A stretch of 36,541 nucleotides of DNA, from contig CBFGIY010000017.1 of assembly GCA_965648935.1 (NCBI GenBank), positions 1 through 36,541 of the forward strand, read 5' to 3'. The DNA is from a candidate division WOR-3 bacterium (GTDB taxonomy: Bacteria; Hydrothermota; Tepidihabitantia; Tepidihabitantales; Tepidihabitantaceae). Below the pieces are notes generated by a model. It did no database searches, was not told the DNA's origin, and was given only the letters and a program-made list of their open reading frames with translations. The position numbers and the translations under genes are program-made. Below, in pieces: positions 26,552 through 35,876 of the stretch. The stretch's first letter is position 1, and each line of letters opens with the position of its first letter.

Positions 26552-27982
26552 ATGAATGATACCGCGCCAGAGGCACCGAAGCTGACCGGGCGGTATGACG
26601 CAGTGGTCATCGGCGCCGGCCCGGGCGGCTACGTCTGCGCCATCCGGCTGGCCCAGCTCGGAAAGAGGACCCTGCTGGTTGAGCGCGAACGCGCGGGCGG
26701 GGTCTGTCTCAACTGGGGCTGCATCCCGGTCAAGGCTCTGCTGCACGCCGCAGCGGTCGTGCGCCATGCCGCCGAGATGCGCGCCGCGGGTATCGTCTTC
26801 GCCCCGCCCCAGATCGACCTGCTGACGCTGTACTCATGGAAGGGCCGCGTCGTGGACCGGCTCGTGCGCGGGGTCGAGTTCCTGCTGCGCAACAACCGCG
26901 TGGAAACGGTCAAGGGCAACGCGGCGCTGGCCGGGCCGGGCCGGGTGAGTATCGGCCTCGATGATGGATCGAAGACCGTGGTCGAGACCGGTGTCGTCGT
27001 CATCGCCACCGGCTCCAGACCGTCGGTGCTGCCCGGGCTGGAGCCGGACGGCCAGCGGGTCATCGACTCCAACGGCGCGCTGAACCTGTTTGAGAAGCCG
27101 GCGCGGCTGGCGATTGTCGGGGGCGGCGTCATCGGCCTGGAGTTCGCCACTGTCTTCAGCCGCCTCGGCACGAAGGTGACGGTGCTTGAGCTGATGCCGC
27201 AGGTCCTGCCCGGGACCGAGCCGGACATCGCAGTGCAGGTCCAGCGCCTGATGCAGCGTGAGGGCATCGAGTTCAAGCTCGGTGTCAAGGTGCTCGGGGC
27301 CGAGCCCAACGACATCATCAGGCTGAGGTACGCCGATGCCTCGTCGGAGCAGGTGGTCGAGGCCGACAAGGTGCTGGTCGCGGTCGGCCGGGTGCCGCTC
27401 TCGGCGGGGCTGGACCTCGAGTCGGCCGGCGTCGCCACCGACGCGCGCGGTTTCGTCAAGACCAATGCGAAGCTGCAGGCCGCGGGTCGTTCTGTCTATG
27501 CCATCGGTGACGTGCGCGGGGGCGCGCTGCTGGCGCACCAGGCGATGGCCGAGGGCATCGCCGCGGCCGACACCATCGCCGGCGTGCGCGCGCCGCGCCG
27601 GTTCACCGCGATTCCCGCCGTGGTCTACACCGACCCCGAGGTCGCCACGGTCGGCCTGTCCGAGGCCGAGGCCGCGGCGCAGGGTCGGCCCGTGAAGGTC
27701 AGCCGCGTGCCGCTCACCGCGGTCGGCCGGTCGCTCACACTCGGGCGCAGCGAAGGACTGGCCAAGCTCGTGGTCGATGCCGCGACCGACCGGGTGCTCG
27801 GGATGCAGATGGTCGGGCCGCAGGCCGATGTGCTCATCGCGGAGGCTGCTGTCGCTGTCGAGCTCGGGCTCAAGGCCGCCGACATAGGTCGTGTCGTGCA
27901 CCCGCATCCGACGATGAGCGAACTGCTCTTCGAGGCGGCCGAGGCGATTCACGGCAGGGCCGTTCACGTCGTCAACCGCTGA
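26552..27982 (+). CDS. lpdA: Dihydrolipoyl dehydrogenase, 476 aa
   Basis: GAGPGGY, GGVCLNWGCIP (redox disulfide), GGGVIGLEF and HPHPTMSE motifs. Confidence 0.95.
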   Translation: MNDTAPEAPKLTGRYDAVVIGAGPGGYVCAIRLAQLGKRTLLVERERAGGVCLNWGCIPVKALLHAAAVVRHAAEMRAAGIVFAPPQIDLLTLYSWKGRVVDRLVRGVEFLLRNNRVETVKGNAALAGPGRVSIGLDDGSKTVVETGVVVIATGSRPSVLPGLEPDGQRVIDSNGALNLFEKPARLAIVGGGVIGLEFATVFSRLGTKVTVLELMPQVLPGTEPDIAVQVQRLMQREGIEFKLGVKVLGAEPNDIIRLRYADASSEQVVEADKVLVAVGRVPLSAGLDLESAGVATDARGFVKTNAKLQAAGRSVYAIGDVRGGALLAHQAMAEGIAAADTIAGVRAPRRFTAIPAVVYTDPEVATVGLSEAEAAAQGRPVKVSRVPLTAVGRSLTLGRSEGLAKLVVDAATDRVLGMQMVGPQADVLIAEAAVAVELGLKAADIGRVVHPHPTMSELLFEAAEAIHGRAVHVVNR

Positions 27983-28007
27983 ACCGGTTCGGGGTCTGAA
28001 GACCGGC

Positions 28008-28742
28008 GTGGCAACCACGAGCAGACGCGCGGCGCTGGGCGTCGAGCTGGGCCGGGTCGAGTACGGCCGGGCGGTGGAGTTCCAGCGCGCGCTCGTCCGG
28101 TTGCGCCAGGCCGACGACATCCCGGATACTCTGGTCCTGCTGGAACACCCGCCGGTTTTCACGATCGGCAAGTCGGGCAACGCGGCCAACCTGCTGGTCA
28201 GCGAGGCCGAACTCAAGCGACGCGGCGCATCTCTGTATCGCATCGAGCGGGGCGGCGACGTCACTTTCCACGGCCCGGGCCAGCTTGTCGGTTACCCGAT
28301 ATTCAGGCTGACTGAGGATCTCGTCGGGGTGCGCCGGTTCATTGAAGGCGTCGAGGCGGCGCTTGTGTCGGCGCTGGCCGAGCTGGGCGTCGCCGCGGGG
28401 ACAAGACCGGGCGTTATCGGTGTCTGGACCGGCCCTCGCAAGGTCGCCTCGCTCGGCGTCGCGGTCAGCCGCCGCGTCACCTTCCACGGGTTCGCGCTCA
28501 ACGTCACCACCGACCTGTCGTGGTTCGATCTGGTCAATCCCTGCGGCCTCAGCGCAGCGGTGATGACGTCGATCGAGCGGGAGGGCGGCCGGACCGGTCG
28601 GGCGGAGGTGCGGTCGGCGGTCAGGCGCGCTTTCGCCGCCGGGTTCGGCCTTGAGTATCAGTCGAATCTGCCGCGCAGCCTCACCGAGCTGACAAAGGGC
28701 CTGAGCGATTCAGCCATCGACTCGGCCTCGGCCAGTCTGTAG
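28008..28742 (+). CDS. lipB: Lipoyl(octanoyl) transferase LipB, 244 aa
   Basis: LLEHPPVFTIG, RGGDVTFHGPGQLVGYPI, KVASLG, HGFALNV and NPCG motifs. Confidence 0.94.
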   Translation: MATTSRRAALGVELGRVEYGRAVEFQRALVRLRQADDIPDTLVLLEHPPVFTIGKSGNAANLLVSEAELKRRGASLYRIERGGDVTFHGPGQLVGYPIFRLTEDLVGVRRFIEGVEAALVSALAELGVAAGTRPGVIGVWTGPRKVASLGVAVSRRVTFHGFALNVTTDLSWFDLVNPCGLSAAVMTSIEREGGRTGRAEVRSAVRRAFAAGFGLEYQSNLPRSLTELTKGLSDSAIDSASASL

Positions 28743-29362
28743 GGTTTCTTCTCCCTGTAGCTCTCGGCGCGGGCGTTCTGGGGCACATATGACTGCAGGT
28801 AGACGGCGCGCGCGCCCTGCAGGGCGCGGCCGATCCCGGGGATGTCATCGGGGTCGATGAGGCCGGGAACGAGCGTGATGCGGAACTCGTAAGGCACGCC
28901 CGACTGCATCAGCAGGCGCACCGACCGGCGGATGACCGCAAGGTCGACCGGGCCGCCGCAGGCCTGCTCGTATTTCTCATTGAGCGGCGCCTTGATGTCC
29001 ATCGCCACGTAGTCGACGAGGCCGAGCGTGACGAGCGAGCTGAGTTGGTATGGGAACGTCCCGTTGGTGTCGAGCTTCGTCGGAAACCCGAGCGCCTTGA
29101 TGCGGTCAAGCAGCGCGAAGACTTCGGGATGCATCAGCGGCTCGCCGCCGGTGACGACGATGCCGGACAGCCATTCCCTGCGCCTGTTGAGCAGGGCCAC
29201 GAGCTCCGGCCACTGCAGGGTCGGCAGTTCGGGGTCGTCGGCCGCGACGCGGTGGTTGTGACAGAAAGGGCAGTGCAGGTTGCAGGCGCCGACAAACAGC
29301 ACGCCGCTGACCCGGTCGTCCCAGTCGACGAACGAAGTTTCTTCGAAACCGATGAGCCGCAT
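28658..29362 (-). CDS. Anaerobic ribonucleotide reductase activase-like radical SAM protein (NrdG2 type), 234 aa
   Basis: SFVDW, CNLHCPFCHN, VVTGGEP, KLDTNG, VDYVAMDIKAP and YEFRIT motifs. Confidence 0.88.
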   Translation of the reverse strand: MRLIGFEETSFVDWDDRVSGVLFVGACNLHCPFCHNHRVAADDPELPTLQWPELVALLNRRREWLSGIVVTGGEPLMHPEVFALLDRIKALGFPTKLDTNGTFPYQLSSLVTLGLVDYVAMDIKAPLNEKYEQACGGPVDLAVIRRSVRLLMQSGVPYEFRITLVPGLIDPDDIPGIGRALQGARAVYLQSYVPQNARAESYREKKPYRLAEAESMAESLRPFVSSVRLRGRFD

Positions 29363-29407
29363 CGGCTAGGCCTCTTCGGCGCGCGCAACCATCACAGCGT
29401 CTTTCTC

Positions 29408-29447
29408 ATAGGGCAAGCGATGATAGGGCAGAGCGATGGAGGGTCAA
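29408..29447 (-). promoter_or_regulatory. Sigma70-type promoter overlapped by a tandem 15/16-bp direct repeat
   Basis: TTGACC-N16-TATCAT. The plus strand reads ATAGGGCAAGCGATG then ATAGGGCAGAGCGATG at 29408-29438. Confidence 0.6.
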
Positions 29448-29530
29448 GCGGGGAGAGGGCCGGGCGGTCGCAGATGACGCCCCGACACGCAAGGCGCCGG
29501 CCCGGCCGCAGACCGCCAGGCCGCGGACAA

Positions 29531-29875
29531 CTACAGCACGTGCACGCGGTGCGGCTGGTCCAGGCCGTCGTTGGTGCCGACCCAGTAGGGCCAGTCGTCG
29601 GCCTTGGAGCGGTTGTTCTCCCAGTGCAGGGGTTGCAGGTTGTCCAGTTCGTCAGTGCCGCCCCTGCTTATCGGTTTGATGTGATCAATCTCCCAGCCGT
29701 GCTTGGTCTGCCTGCCGTACTCCTCCCAGGCTATGAGCGCGCCGCAGACATCCCTGCGATGGAGCGCGTAGCCGGCCACGCGCCGCGCCTTGGCCCATAC
29801 CGCCGCTATCGTTTCCTGGGAGAACGGTCTGCCCCGCGCATCGAGGCTGAAATCGCGGACCGTTGAGGCAATCAT
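29531..29875 (-). CDS. Stand-alone HNH endonuclease, 114 aa
   Basis: GWEIDHIKPISRGGTDELDNLQPLHWENNRSK. AAGGAG RBS before ATG 29875. Confidence 0.88.
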   Translation of the reverse strand: MIASTVRDFSLDARGRPFSQETIAAVWAKARRVAGYALHRRDVCGALIAWEEYGRQTKHGWEIDHIKPISRGGTDELDNLQPLHWENNRSKADDWPYWVGTNDGLDQPHRVHVL

Positions 29876-29919
29876 CTGACAACGCTCCTTCGCGTTGCCG
29901 TGGTCCCGTCTGCGATACA

Positions 29920-29988
29920 ATTATAGCACGGACCGGCGAAGAAACAAGAGTCGCGCCGCTTTGACATCGTCCAATGTGTTGCTATAAT
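29920..29988. promoter_or_regulatory. Divergent sigma70-type promoter pair
   Basis: Minus: TTGTTT(29947-29942)-N16-TATAAT(29925-29920). Plus: TTGACA(29961)-N16-TATAAT(29983-29988). Both have an extended -10 TGc. Confidence 0.75.
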
Positions 29989-29995
29989 CAACGGG

Positions 29996-30094
29996 ATGAA
30001 GATTCTGCAGGGTAGATCCGGCAAGTCGCGCGGGGCGAGAGACGGGATGCGGGCCGTGGAGCCGGCCGCAGACTCCCCCTGTTTGTTGCCGTGA
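29996..30094 (+). CDS. Putative leaderless 32-aa small ORF (MKILQGRSGKSRGARDGMRAVEPAADSPCLLP)
   Basis: ATG 7 nt after a consensus TATAAT. Its stop overlaps the next GTG start (GTGA). Confidence 0.45.
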   Translation: MKILQGRSGKSRGARDGMRAVEPAADSPCLLP

Positions 30095-30819
30095 CCGCCG
30101 TATTCCTGTTCTTCTCGCTGCTGGCTTCACACCCAGACAGCGCTGACGAGTTCCTTGCCCGCGCGGAGCACTACCTGTTGAACTTCCACATATCCAGGGG
30201 ATACATCGATTCGTGCGGCGTCTGGCTGGCAAGGGCGCGAACCGGCTCGAATGCAGGTGAACGCTACCACGAGTTGCGGGCGCGCTACTGCGTATTGCGG
30301 GGCGATGACACGACCGGGGACGGGCCGAGGCTGTACTGGTACAGGCAGGCACAGGCCGAGGCGCGTCAGATGCTTGAGCTGAACCCGCGCAGCGCAGCCG
30401 GACACCTGTGGTACGGTTTCGTGCTCGTGCGATACAGCCAGGTCCAGGGCATCGCCGCCTCGGCCGGGCAGATTCCGGAAATCCGGCGTCGGTTCGAGAC
30501 CGCCCTGCGCTGCGACTCAGGCTATGCCCTGGGATGGTACGCGCTGGGCCGGTTCTTCCACGAAGTGCCGGCGTTTCTGGGCGGGAACCTCGCGCGGGCG
30601 GAGTCGTGCTACGTGCGTGGGCTGCAGCTCGACCCGCACCTGACGCTCCTGCGCGCGAGCTATGCCGAGCTGCTTGCCGCGACCAGACGCAAGGGGACTG
30701 CCCTGGTTCAAGCCCGCAGGGTGCTCTCCGAGGCGACGCCGTCCAATCCGGGCGAGCACAGGCTGTATGACGTTCCGCGTTCCGAGGCGCTCATCCGACG
30801 GCTCACCCGGCGGCGCTAG
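30091..30819 (+). CDS. Exported TPR-like helical protein, 242 aa
   Basis: Hydrophobic N-terminus; TPR-like ELNPRSAAGHLWYG, YALGRFFHEVPAFLGGNLARAESCY and LDPH...YAELL segments. Confidence 0.7.
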   Translation: MTAVFLFFSLLASHPDSADEFLARAEHYLLNFHISRGYIDSCGVWLARARTGSNAGERYHELRARYCVLRGDDTTGDGPRLYWYRQAQAEARQMLELNPRSAAGHLWYGFVLVRYSQVQGIAASAGQIPEIRRRFETALRCDSGYALGWYALGRFFHEVPAFLGGNLARAESCYVRGLQLDPHLTLLRASYAELLAATRRKGTALVQARRVLSEATPSNPGEHRLYDVPRSEALIRRLTRRR

Positions 30820-30866
30820 CACCAAAGCAGAGCTTCCCTTCGGTCAGGCGCGCGCTAGACTGTCGT

Positions 30867-31763
30867 GTGAGCATCGAAGCCAAGAAGTTGCGTTTCCGCG
30901 GCGTTTTCAGCCCCGCACACCACGCGGTCGAGCGGACCTCGGTGATGGGGATGGCCGAGCGGCTGTATGCGGCACTGCCGCCGCTACGGCGCGCCGTCTA
31001 CCGGGTCTGGTATCACCTGATGGCGCGGTTTGACCGGCGTAGCCTGGTGCGCTTCGCCAACTACGGCTATGCCGATACCGACCCGCTCGCCGTTTCCCCG
31101 TGCCTTGAGCCGACAGACGAGCCGGACCGGCTCTGCATTCAGCTCTACCATCACGTGGTCGAGACAGTCGACCTTGCCGGCCGCGACGTGCTTGAGGTTG
31201 GTTCGGGCCGGGGCGGCGGGGCCGACTATATCGCCCGCTACTTCGGACCGCGCGTGATCGTCGGCGTCGACACCAACGCCCGCGCTGTTGAAGCCTGCCG
31301 CAGGCACTACCGCGTTGCCAACCTGAGGTTCCGGCGCGGCGACAGCGAGGCTTTGCCGTTCGCGGCCGCGACCTTTGATGTCGTGGTCAACGTCGAATCG
31401 TCGCATTGCTACGGTTCCATCAGGCGGTTTTTGTCCGAGGTGCGGCGCGTGCTGCGTCCGGGCGGGTACCTGCTGCTGGCCGACTTCCGGCCGGCCGGGG
31501 CTGTGGGCCGGATGCGCGCCGACTTCGAGTCGGCCGGTTTCCTCGTAGAACGGGAGACCCCGATAACTGCCAGCGTGTTCCGCGCGCTGGAACTCGATAA
31601 TGACCGCAAACTCGCGCTGATTCACCTGATGGTGCCGAGTCTGCTGCAGTCGGCGTTTCGCCAGTTCGCCGCAACCAGCGGCACTCCGACCTGGGAGCGG
31701 TTCCGCACCGGGGACTGGCAGTACTTCAGTTATGTCCTGCGCAAGCCGGCATCAGCCGGCTGA
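30867..31763 (+). CDS. Class I SAM-dependent methyltransferase (similar to fatty-acid/phthiotriol O-methyltransferases)
   Basis: NYGY, IQLYH, VLEVGSGRGGG, FDVVVNVESSHCY and VLRPGG motifs. Start is uncertain (GTG 30867 or a later Met). Confidence 0.88.
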   Translation: MSIEAKKLRFRGVFSPAHHAVERTSVMGMAERLYAALPPLRRAVYRVWYHLMARFDRRSLVRFANYGYADTDPLAVSPCLEPTDEPDRLCIQLYHHVVETVDLAGRDVLEVGSGRGGGADYIARYFGPRVIVGVDTNARAVEACRRHYRVANLRFRRGDSEALPFAAATFDVVVNVESSHCYGSIRRFLSEVRRVLRPGGYLLLADFRPAGAVGRMRADFESAGFLVERETPITASVFRALELDNDRKLALIHLMVPSLLQSAFRQFAATSGTPTWERFRTGDWQYFSYVLRKPASAG

Positions 31764-31780
31764 TTCGCGGCAGAAACAGA

Positions 31781-31810
31781 GGCCCGGGGCAGGACAACCT
31801 GCCCCGGGCC
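31781..31810. terminator. Bidirectional intrinsic terminator
   Basis: GGCCCGGGGCAGG-acaa-CCTGCCCCGGGCC, a 13-bp stem followed by GTGTTTT and preceded by AAACAGA, between convergent genes. Confidence 0.8.
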
Positions 31811-31823
31811 GTGTTTTCGCAGC

Positions 31824-34373
31824 CTAGCGAGTTAACACAAGTCGGGCCGGAGCGAGACCTGCGCCGCGCACGATGTAGACCCCGGCCGCGATGCCGGAGA
31901 GGTCCAATGCCAGCGCGCTGGCGCCGGCGGGCGCGCGCCACGAGCGAACCGGCCGGCCCGCAGCGTCGTACAGGCCGAACTCGCCGTTGCGTTCCAGCGG
32001 CGATGAGAGCAGCAGCCGGGTGTGCTGTCTGGCGACCGCGGGTTGCACGGTCATTCGCGCCGAACCCGGGCGGATCGGCCTCTGCTCGACCGCACCCTGA
32101 GGCGAGAAGTCCAGGAGCGTGACCCAGTCCGGGCCGGGCATCGCCACGACCGCGGTCCGGGTCGCGCCGCAGTAGTCGAACGTCTTCGGCCCAGCCGGGA
32201 GCGGCACGGCCGTGCCCTGGCGATGGAGGTGGCCGGGTGCCGCGCTGGTGCCGGTGGTCAGCACGACCGGCTCGCCGGTTTCGTCGAAGAGCACCTGGTT
32301 GAGCGAACCGTACGATGTGTAGTATCGGGTGCTGACGGTTCGACCCGAGTCGGCCCTGACGATCGTCACGGTTTTGCCGGAGAGGTTGCCGATGGCGAAC
32401 CGGTCGAACAGCGGGTCATAGATCACGGTGGCCGGACCTTGTCCGCAGGCGAAAGTACCGATGACCGACGAGTTGGCGCCGTCGATGTGCATCAAGGTGA
32501 AGTTGTTGCTGGAGTAGTTGGAGACCACTGCGCGGGTACCCGAGGCGTCGAAGGCGATGCGCAGTGGGAAGTCACCGGCGGTCAGCGTCGCGACGACGGC
32601 ATATGTGCGGGCGTCGATGACCCGGACGACATCCTCGAAGGACACAGCGACAAGCACCCAGCGGCCGTCCGGCGAGCAGGCCACGCCCGAAGCGATGCCC
32701 TGACCGGCCCAGACAACGCCAATCTCGCCACAGGGCACGGCGGTCACGAGCCGGCTGGCAGCGCCGTCGAGCCGGACGATGCCGACGGTGTTGCCGGAGA
32801 TGTTGCCGACGTAGGCGAAAGAGTCGGACGGGGCCAGGGCAAGCGACCACGGGCCGCCCGGGCATTGAACGGTCGCCGCGGTCGTGCCGGTCAGAAGGTC
32901 GATGACCGAAACAGTGTTGCCGACATTGGCCACCACGCCCCAGCGGGAGTCGGATGTGATGGCGACTTCCTGGGGTCGGTCAGCGCAGGGGATAGTGGTG
33001 TCAAGGGTGCCGGCCGCGACATCGATGATGCTGAGATTGTCCGACAGCACGTTGCTGACCAGGGCTTTGGCACCGTCCGGGGCGATGGCCAGTCGGTGCG
33101 GGCAGTCGCCTTCAGGGTCCTTGCCGGCATTGGTCGTGCCGCGGTACATTGACGGGCCGGGCGAGGTGTAGTCGTAGAAGTAGATGCCTTCGTGCCGGTG
33201 CGGGTCGTAGCCGATGGCGCGGTTGCCGACCGGCGACACAGCGCCGACCGACTGGGCGTTGCCGACGGCCTGACCGAGCACGGTCTCGGTCGCGAAGTCG
33301 ACCACCGACCAGTTGTACTGGCCGCTGATTGCCCGGGTGTGGTCGGGCGAGACGCCAATCCAGAAGGCGGTGTAGGTGTTCGAGAACGTGATGTAGTTGC
33401 CGGTGTTGAAGCGGACGAGCGCGCTCTGGTTGCCGCTGACCCCGAGGTAGCACTTTGAGCCGTCCCAGTTCATCGCCGATTCGAATGTCATCAGGGTCAG
33501 GCCGGTCAGGGTGACCGCTGCGTCAATCGTGCGTGTGGCGATATCAATCCGGCGGGCGATGCAGCCGGAGGAGGACTCGGCCACGACCAGTGCCTTGAGC
33601 CCGTCGCCGGAGAGTTCGACGAACCGGCATTTGCCCACTCCGGTCAGTGTGTCGTCCCAGGCGCCGGTTGCGGTGTTGATGAAGAACAGGGTGTCGGCGT
33701 AGTTGGGCACGATGATGTGGCCGCCATCCGGCGTGAGCGCGAACTCGGAGAAGGTGAAGGCATTGCGGTTGTTTTCGGAGTTCCAGGAGTAGGTCGAGAG
33801 GTACACCGGGAAGTTCGGTATCGTGCGCACGCGCGAGAGCGACTGCAGGTCGTACACCTCGCAGGTGTTGGATATGTCGCAGGCGACATAGGCGTAGCGG
33901 CCGTCAGGCGAGGTCACCACGACCCAGGGCTGGCCGCCCGAGGGCAGGCGCGCCGCGACCGAGTAGTCGCGCACGCGGATGACCACGACGCTGTCGACGA
34001 AGCCGAGTGTGACGACGGCGAAGCTGTCGGTAAGGGCGATGCCGCCGGGGTAGTCGCCGACCGTGAAGGTGGTTTCCTGGCGCATCGTGGCCCAATCAAA
34101 CACGGTGATGTTGTCGGTGCCGCGGTTGGTGAGCCAGACCTGCGAACCGTCGCGGGTGAAGGCGCTGAAGCCGAGGTAGTCGCCTTCGGGCGCGCGGCCC
34201 GGGTCGACGTCGGTCTGCTGGTAGTCTGCCACAATCGGCAGAAGGTCGGTCAGGGTCCGGCCGACCGCGTCGATGCGTTCAATCGCGGGCGGCTCGACCG
34301 TGGTGCTGACCGGGCTCGGAGAAGTCTGGCCCAAGGCCAGCGTGAACAGCGCGAGCAGGGCGAGGTTTTTCAA
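31824..34373 (-). CDS. Secreted YVTN/YncE-like multi-blade beta-propeller with C-terminal T9SS-like sorting domain, 849 aa
   Basis: Signal peptide; repeated P-x-x-[IV]-A-x-[ST]PDG...[LV]S[IV]ID blades; tail YDAAGRPVR...LSGIAAGVYIVR. TTG start with AGGAG RBS. Confidence 0.85.
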   Translation of the reverse strand: MKNLALLALFTLALGQTSPSPVSTTVEPPAIERIDAVGRTLTDLLPIVADYQQTDVDPGRAPEGDYLGFSAFTRDGSQVWLTNRGTDNITVFDWATMRQETTFTVGDYPGGIALTDSFAVVTLGFVDSVVVIRVRDYSVAARLPSGGQPWVVVTSPDGRYAYVACDISNTCEVYDLQSLSRVRTIPNFPVYLSTYSWNSENNRNAFTFSEFALTPDGGHIIVPNYADTLFFINTATGAWDDTLTGVGKCRFVELSGDGLKALVVAESSSGCIARRIDIATRTIDAAVTLTGLTLMTFESAMNWDGSKCYLGVSGNQSALVRFNTGNYITFSNTYTAFWIGVSPDHTRAISGQYNWSVVDFATETVLGQAVGNAQSVGAVSPVGNRAIGYDPHRHEGIYFYDYTSPGPSMYRGTTNAGKDPEGDCPHRLAIAPDGAKALVSNVLSDNLSIIDVAAGTLDTTIPCADRPQEVAITSDSRWGVVANVGNTVSVIDLLTGTTAATVQCPGGPWSLALAPSDSFAYVGNISGNTVGIVRLDGAASRLVTAVPCGEIGVVWAGQGIASGVACSPDGRWVLVAVSFEDVVRVIDARTYAVVATLTAGDFPLRIAFDASGTRAVVSNYSSNNFTLMHIDGANSSVIGTFACGQGPATVIYDPLFDRFAIGNLSGKTVTIVRADSGRTVSTRYYTSYGSLNQVLFDETGEPVVLTTGTSAAPGHLHRQGTAVPLPAGPKTFDYCGATRTAVVAMPGPDWVTLLDFSPQGAVEQRPIRPGSARMTVQPAVARQHTRLLLSSPLERNGEFGLYDAAGRPVRSWRAPAGASALALDLSGIAAGVYIVRGAGLAPARLVLTR

Positions 34374-34382
34374 CAGATGCTC

Positions 34383-35861
34383 CTATTCTGAGAGGACTAC
34401 TCGGACCGAGGCCGGGCCGTCAGGCGTTGCGGCGCGGCAGATGTAGGTGCCCGGCGCGACCCTCTGGCCGGCGTCGTCACGGCCGTCCCAGACAGCCGGG
34501 CCGTGCGAACCGGGGCGCGGCCTGAGAGTGCGGACAACGCGGCCGGTGACGTCAAGGATCGAAACGGATGAAGCGGTCGTGCGGTCGCAACTGAGACAGA
34601 CCGACGCGCGGAACGGATTGGGCGATGCGGACAGCCGCGGAGTCGGGCTGTGCGCGGGCGCCTCCGCGACTCCGACCGGGCCCTGGTATGCCCTGAGCAG
34701 AGTGCCCGGACCGGCGACGACCATCACGTTGCCGCCGACAAGCGCGGGGCCGCTGTAGTAGCCGTAGCTGATGGGGTCGTGCCAGAGGGTGTCGAGGCCG
34801 GGAGTGAGAGCCCAGACGCCGCCGGCCCCGGTTGAGGTGCTGACCATCGCGTAGACATAGCCGTTCGCGTCAACGGTGATGCGCGGGGTGATGTCGGCGG
34901 CGGCAAGGGGCGGCGACGAGTCCCGGACCTCGCCGGTGTGGCTGTCCAACCGCAGGATGCGGTTGCCCCGGGGCAGGTACAGGCTGCGGTCGGGGCCAAA
35001 GATGCCGTAATTCTGCCAGACCGAGCCGCCATAGCCAGGCGCGGTCCACAGCTCGACGAAACCGGAGTCGGTGAGCTGCCAGCAGTAGAACAGCCCGCCG
35101 TCACGCTGGCCGTAGACCCGGCGGTCTTCGCCGATGACAAAGGGCAGTTCCTGGTCGCCGTCGCCGGGCAGCTCGGGCGTGCGAAAGAGAGTGCGGCCGG
35201 TGTTGGCCGAGATGGCGATGAGATACTTGGGCCGGTTGATGCCCTGACCCTCCCAGGCAAAGACGATTGTGTCGGTCATACCAATCCACTCGGCGCCGGT
35301 ATTTGGTACCGGCCGGGGATTGGTCCAGACCGTATCACCGGTCAGGTGGTTGAACCGGGCGATGCCGCGCTCGGCGCAGGGTGTGATCGGGTCGCCGTTC
35401 TCGGCGAAAACCGCGCACCAGACGATGCCCAGCGGCGCGGTCCAGCGCGATTGCCACAGCAGCTCGCCGGTGGCGATGTCGGTGCAGAAGATCGTGTCGC
35501 GGCCGGTTTCGCGGAAGTTGCGCGAGTACAGCCGGCCGTGGCTCGCGCCCATCGGGATGAACTTGCCGCCGGGCCGATACAGGCGGGTCCATACCGTGTC
35601 GCCGGTCCAGAGGTCGTGGCAGACGAGCGTGGCGGACATCGGCGAGAAGCTGTAGCGCGTCGTGACGACGTAGTCGCCCCACGTGTAGACCTGCATCCCG
35701 AGGTTCGAGGGCAGGGTCTGGGCTTCCCAGAGCACCTGGCGTCCGGCCGGCCCGTGGCACAGGCTGGCCCAGCCGTTGTGGCCGTTGTTGCCGCCGACAG
35801 TGGTCCAGTCGCGGCCATTGGCGGCAGCCAGCAGGGCAAGCAGCACAAGCGTGATTCTCAA
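34383..35861 (-). CDS. Secreted PQQ-like beta-propeller with FlgD-Ig/T9SS-like tail, 492 aa
   Basis: Signal peptide; D-x-x-TG-x-x-x-W repeats; tail SPNPFR...ILDVTGRVVRTL...WDGRDDAGQRVAPGTY. GGAGG RBS. Confidence 0.85.
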   Translation of the reverse strand: MRITLVLLALLAAANGRDWTTVGGNNGHNGWASLCHGPAGRQVLWEAQTLPSNLGMQVYTWGDYVVTTRYSFSPMSATLVCHDLWTGDTVWTRLYRPGGKFIPMGASHGRLYSRNFRETGRDTIFCTDIATGELLWQSRWTAPLGIVWCAVFAENGDPITPCAERGIARFNHLTGDTVWTNPRPVPNTGAEWIGMTDTIVFAWEGQGINRPKYLIAISANTGRTLFRTPELPGDGDQELPFVIGEDRRVYGQRDGGLFYCWQLTDSGFVELWTAPGYGGSVWQNYGIFGPDRSLYLPRGNRILRLDSHTGEVRDSSPPLAAADITPRITVDANGYVYAMVSTSTGAGGVWALTPGLDTLWHDPISYGYYSGPALVGGNVMVVAGPGTLLRAYQGPVGVAEAPAHSPTPRLSASPNPFRASVCLSCDRTTASSVSILDVTGRVVRTLRPRPGSHGPAVWDGRDDAGQRVAPGTYICRAATPDGPASVRVVLSE

Positions 35862-35876
35862 ACTACCTCCAGTGAA

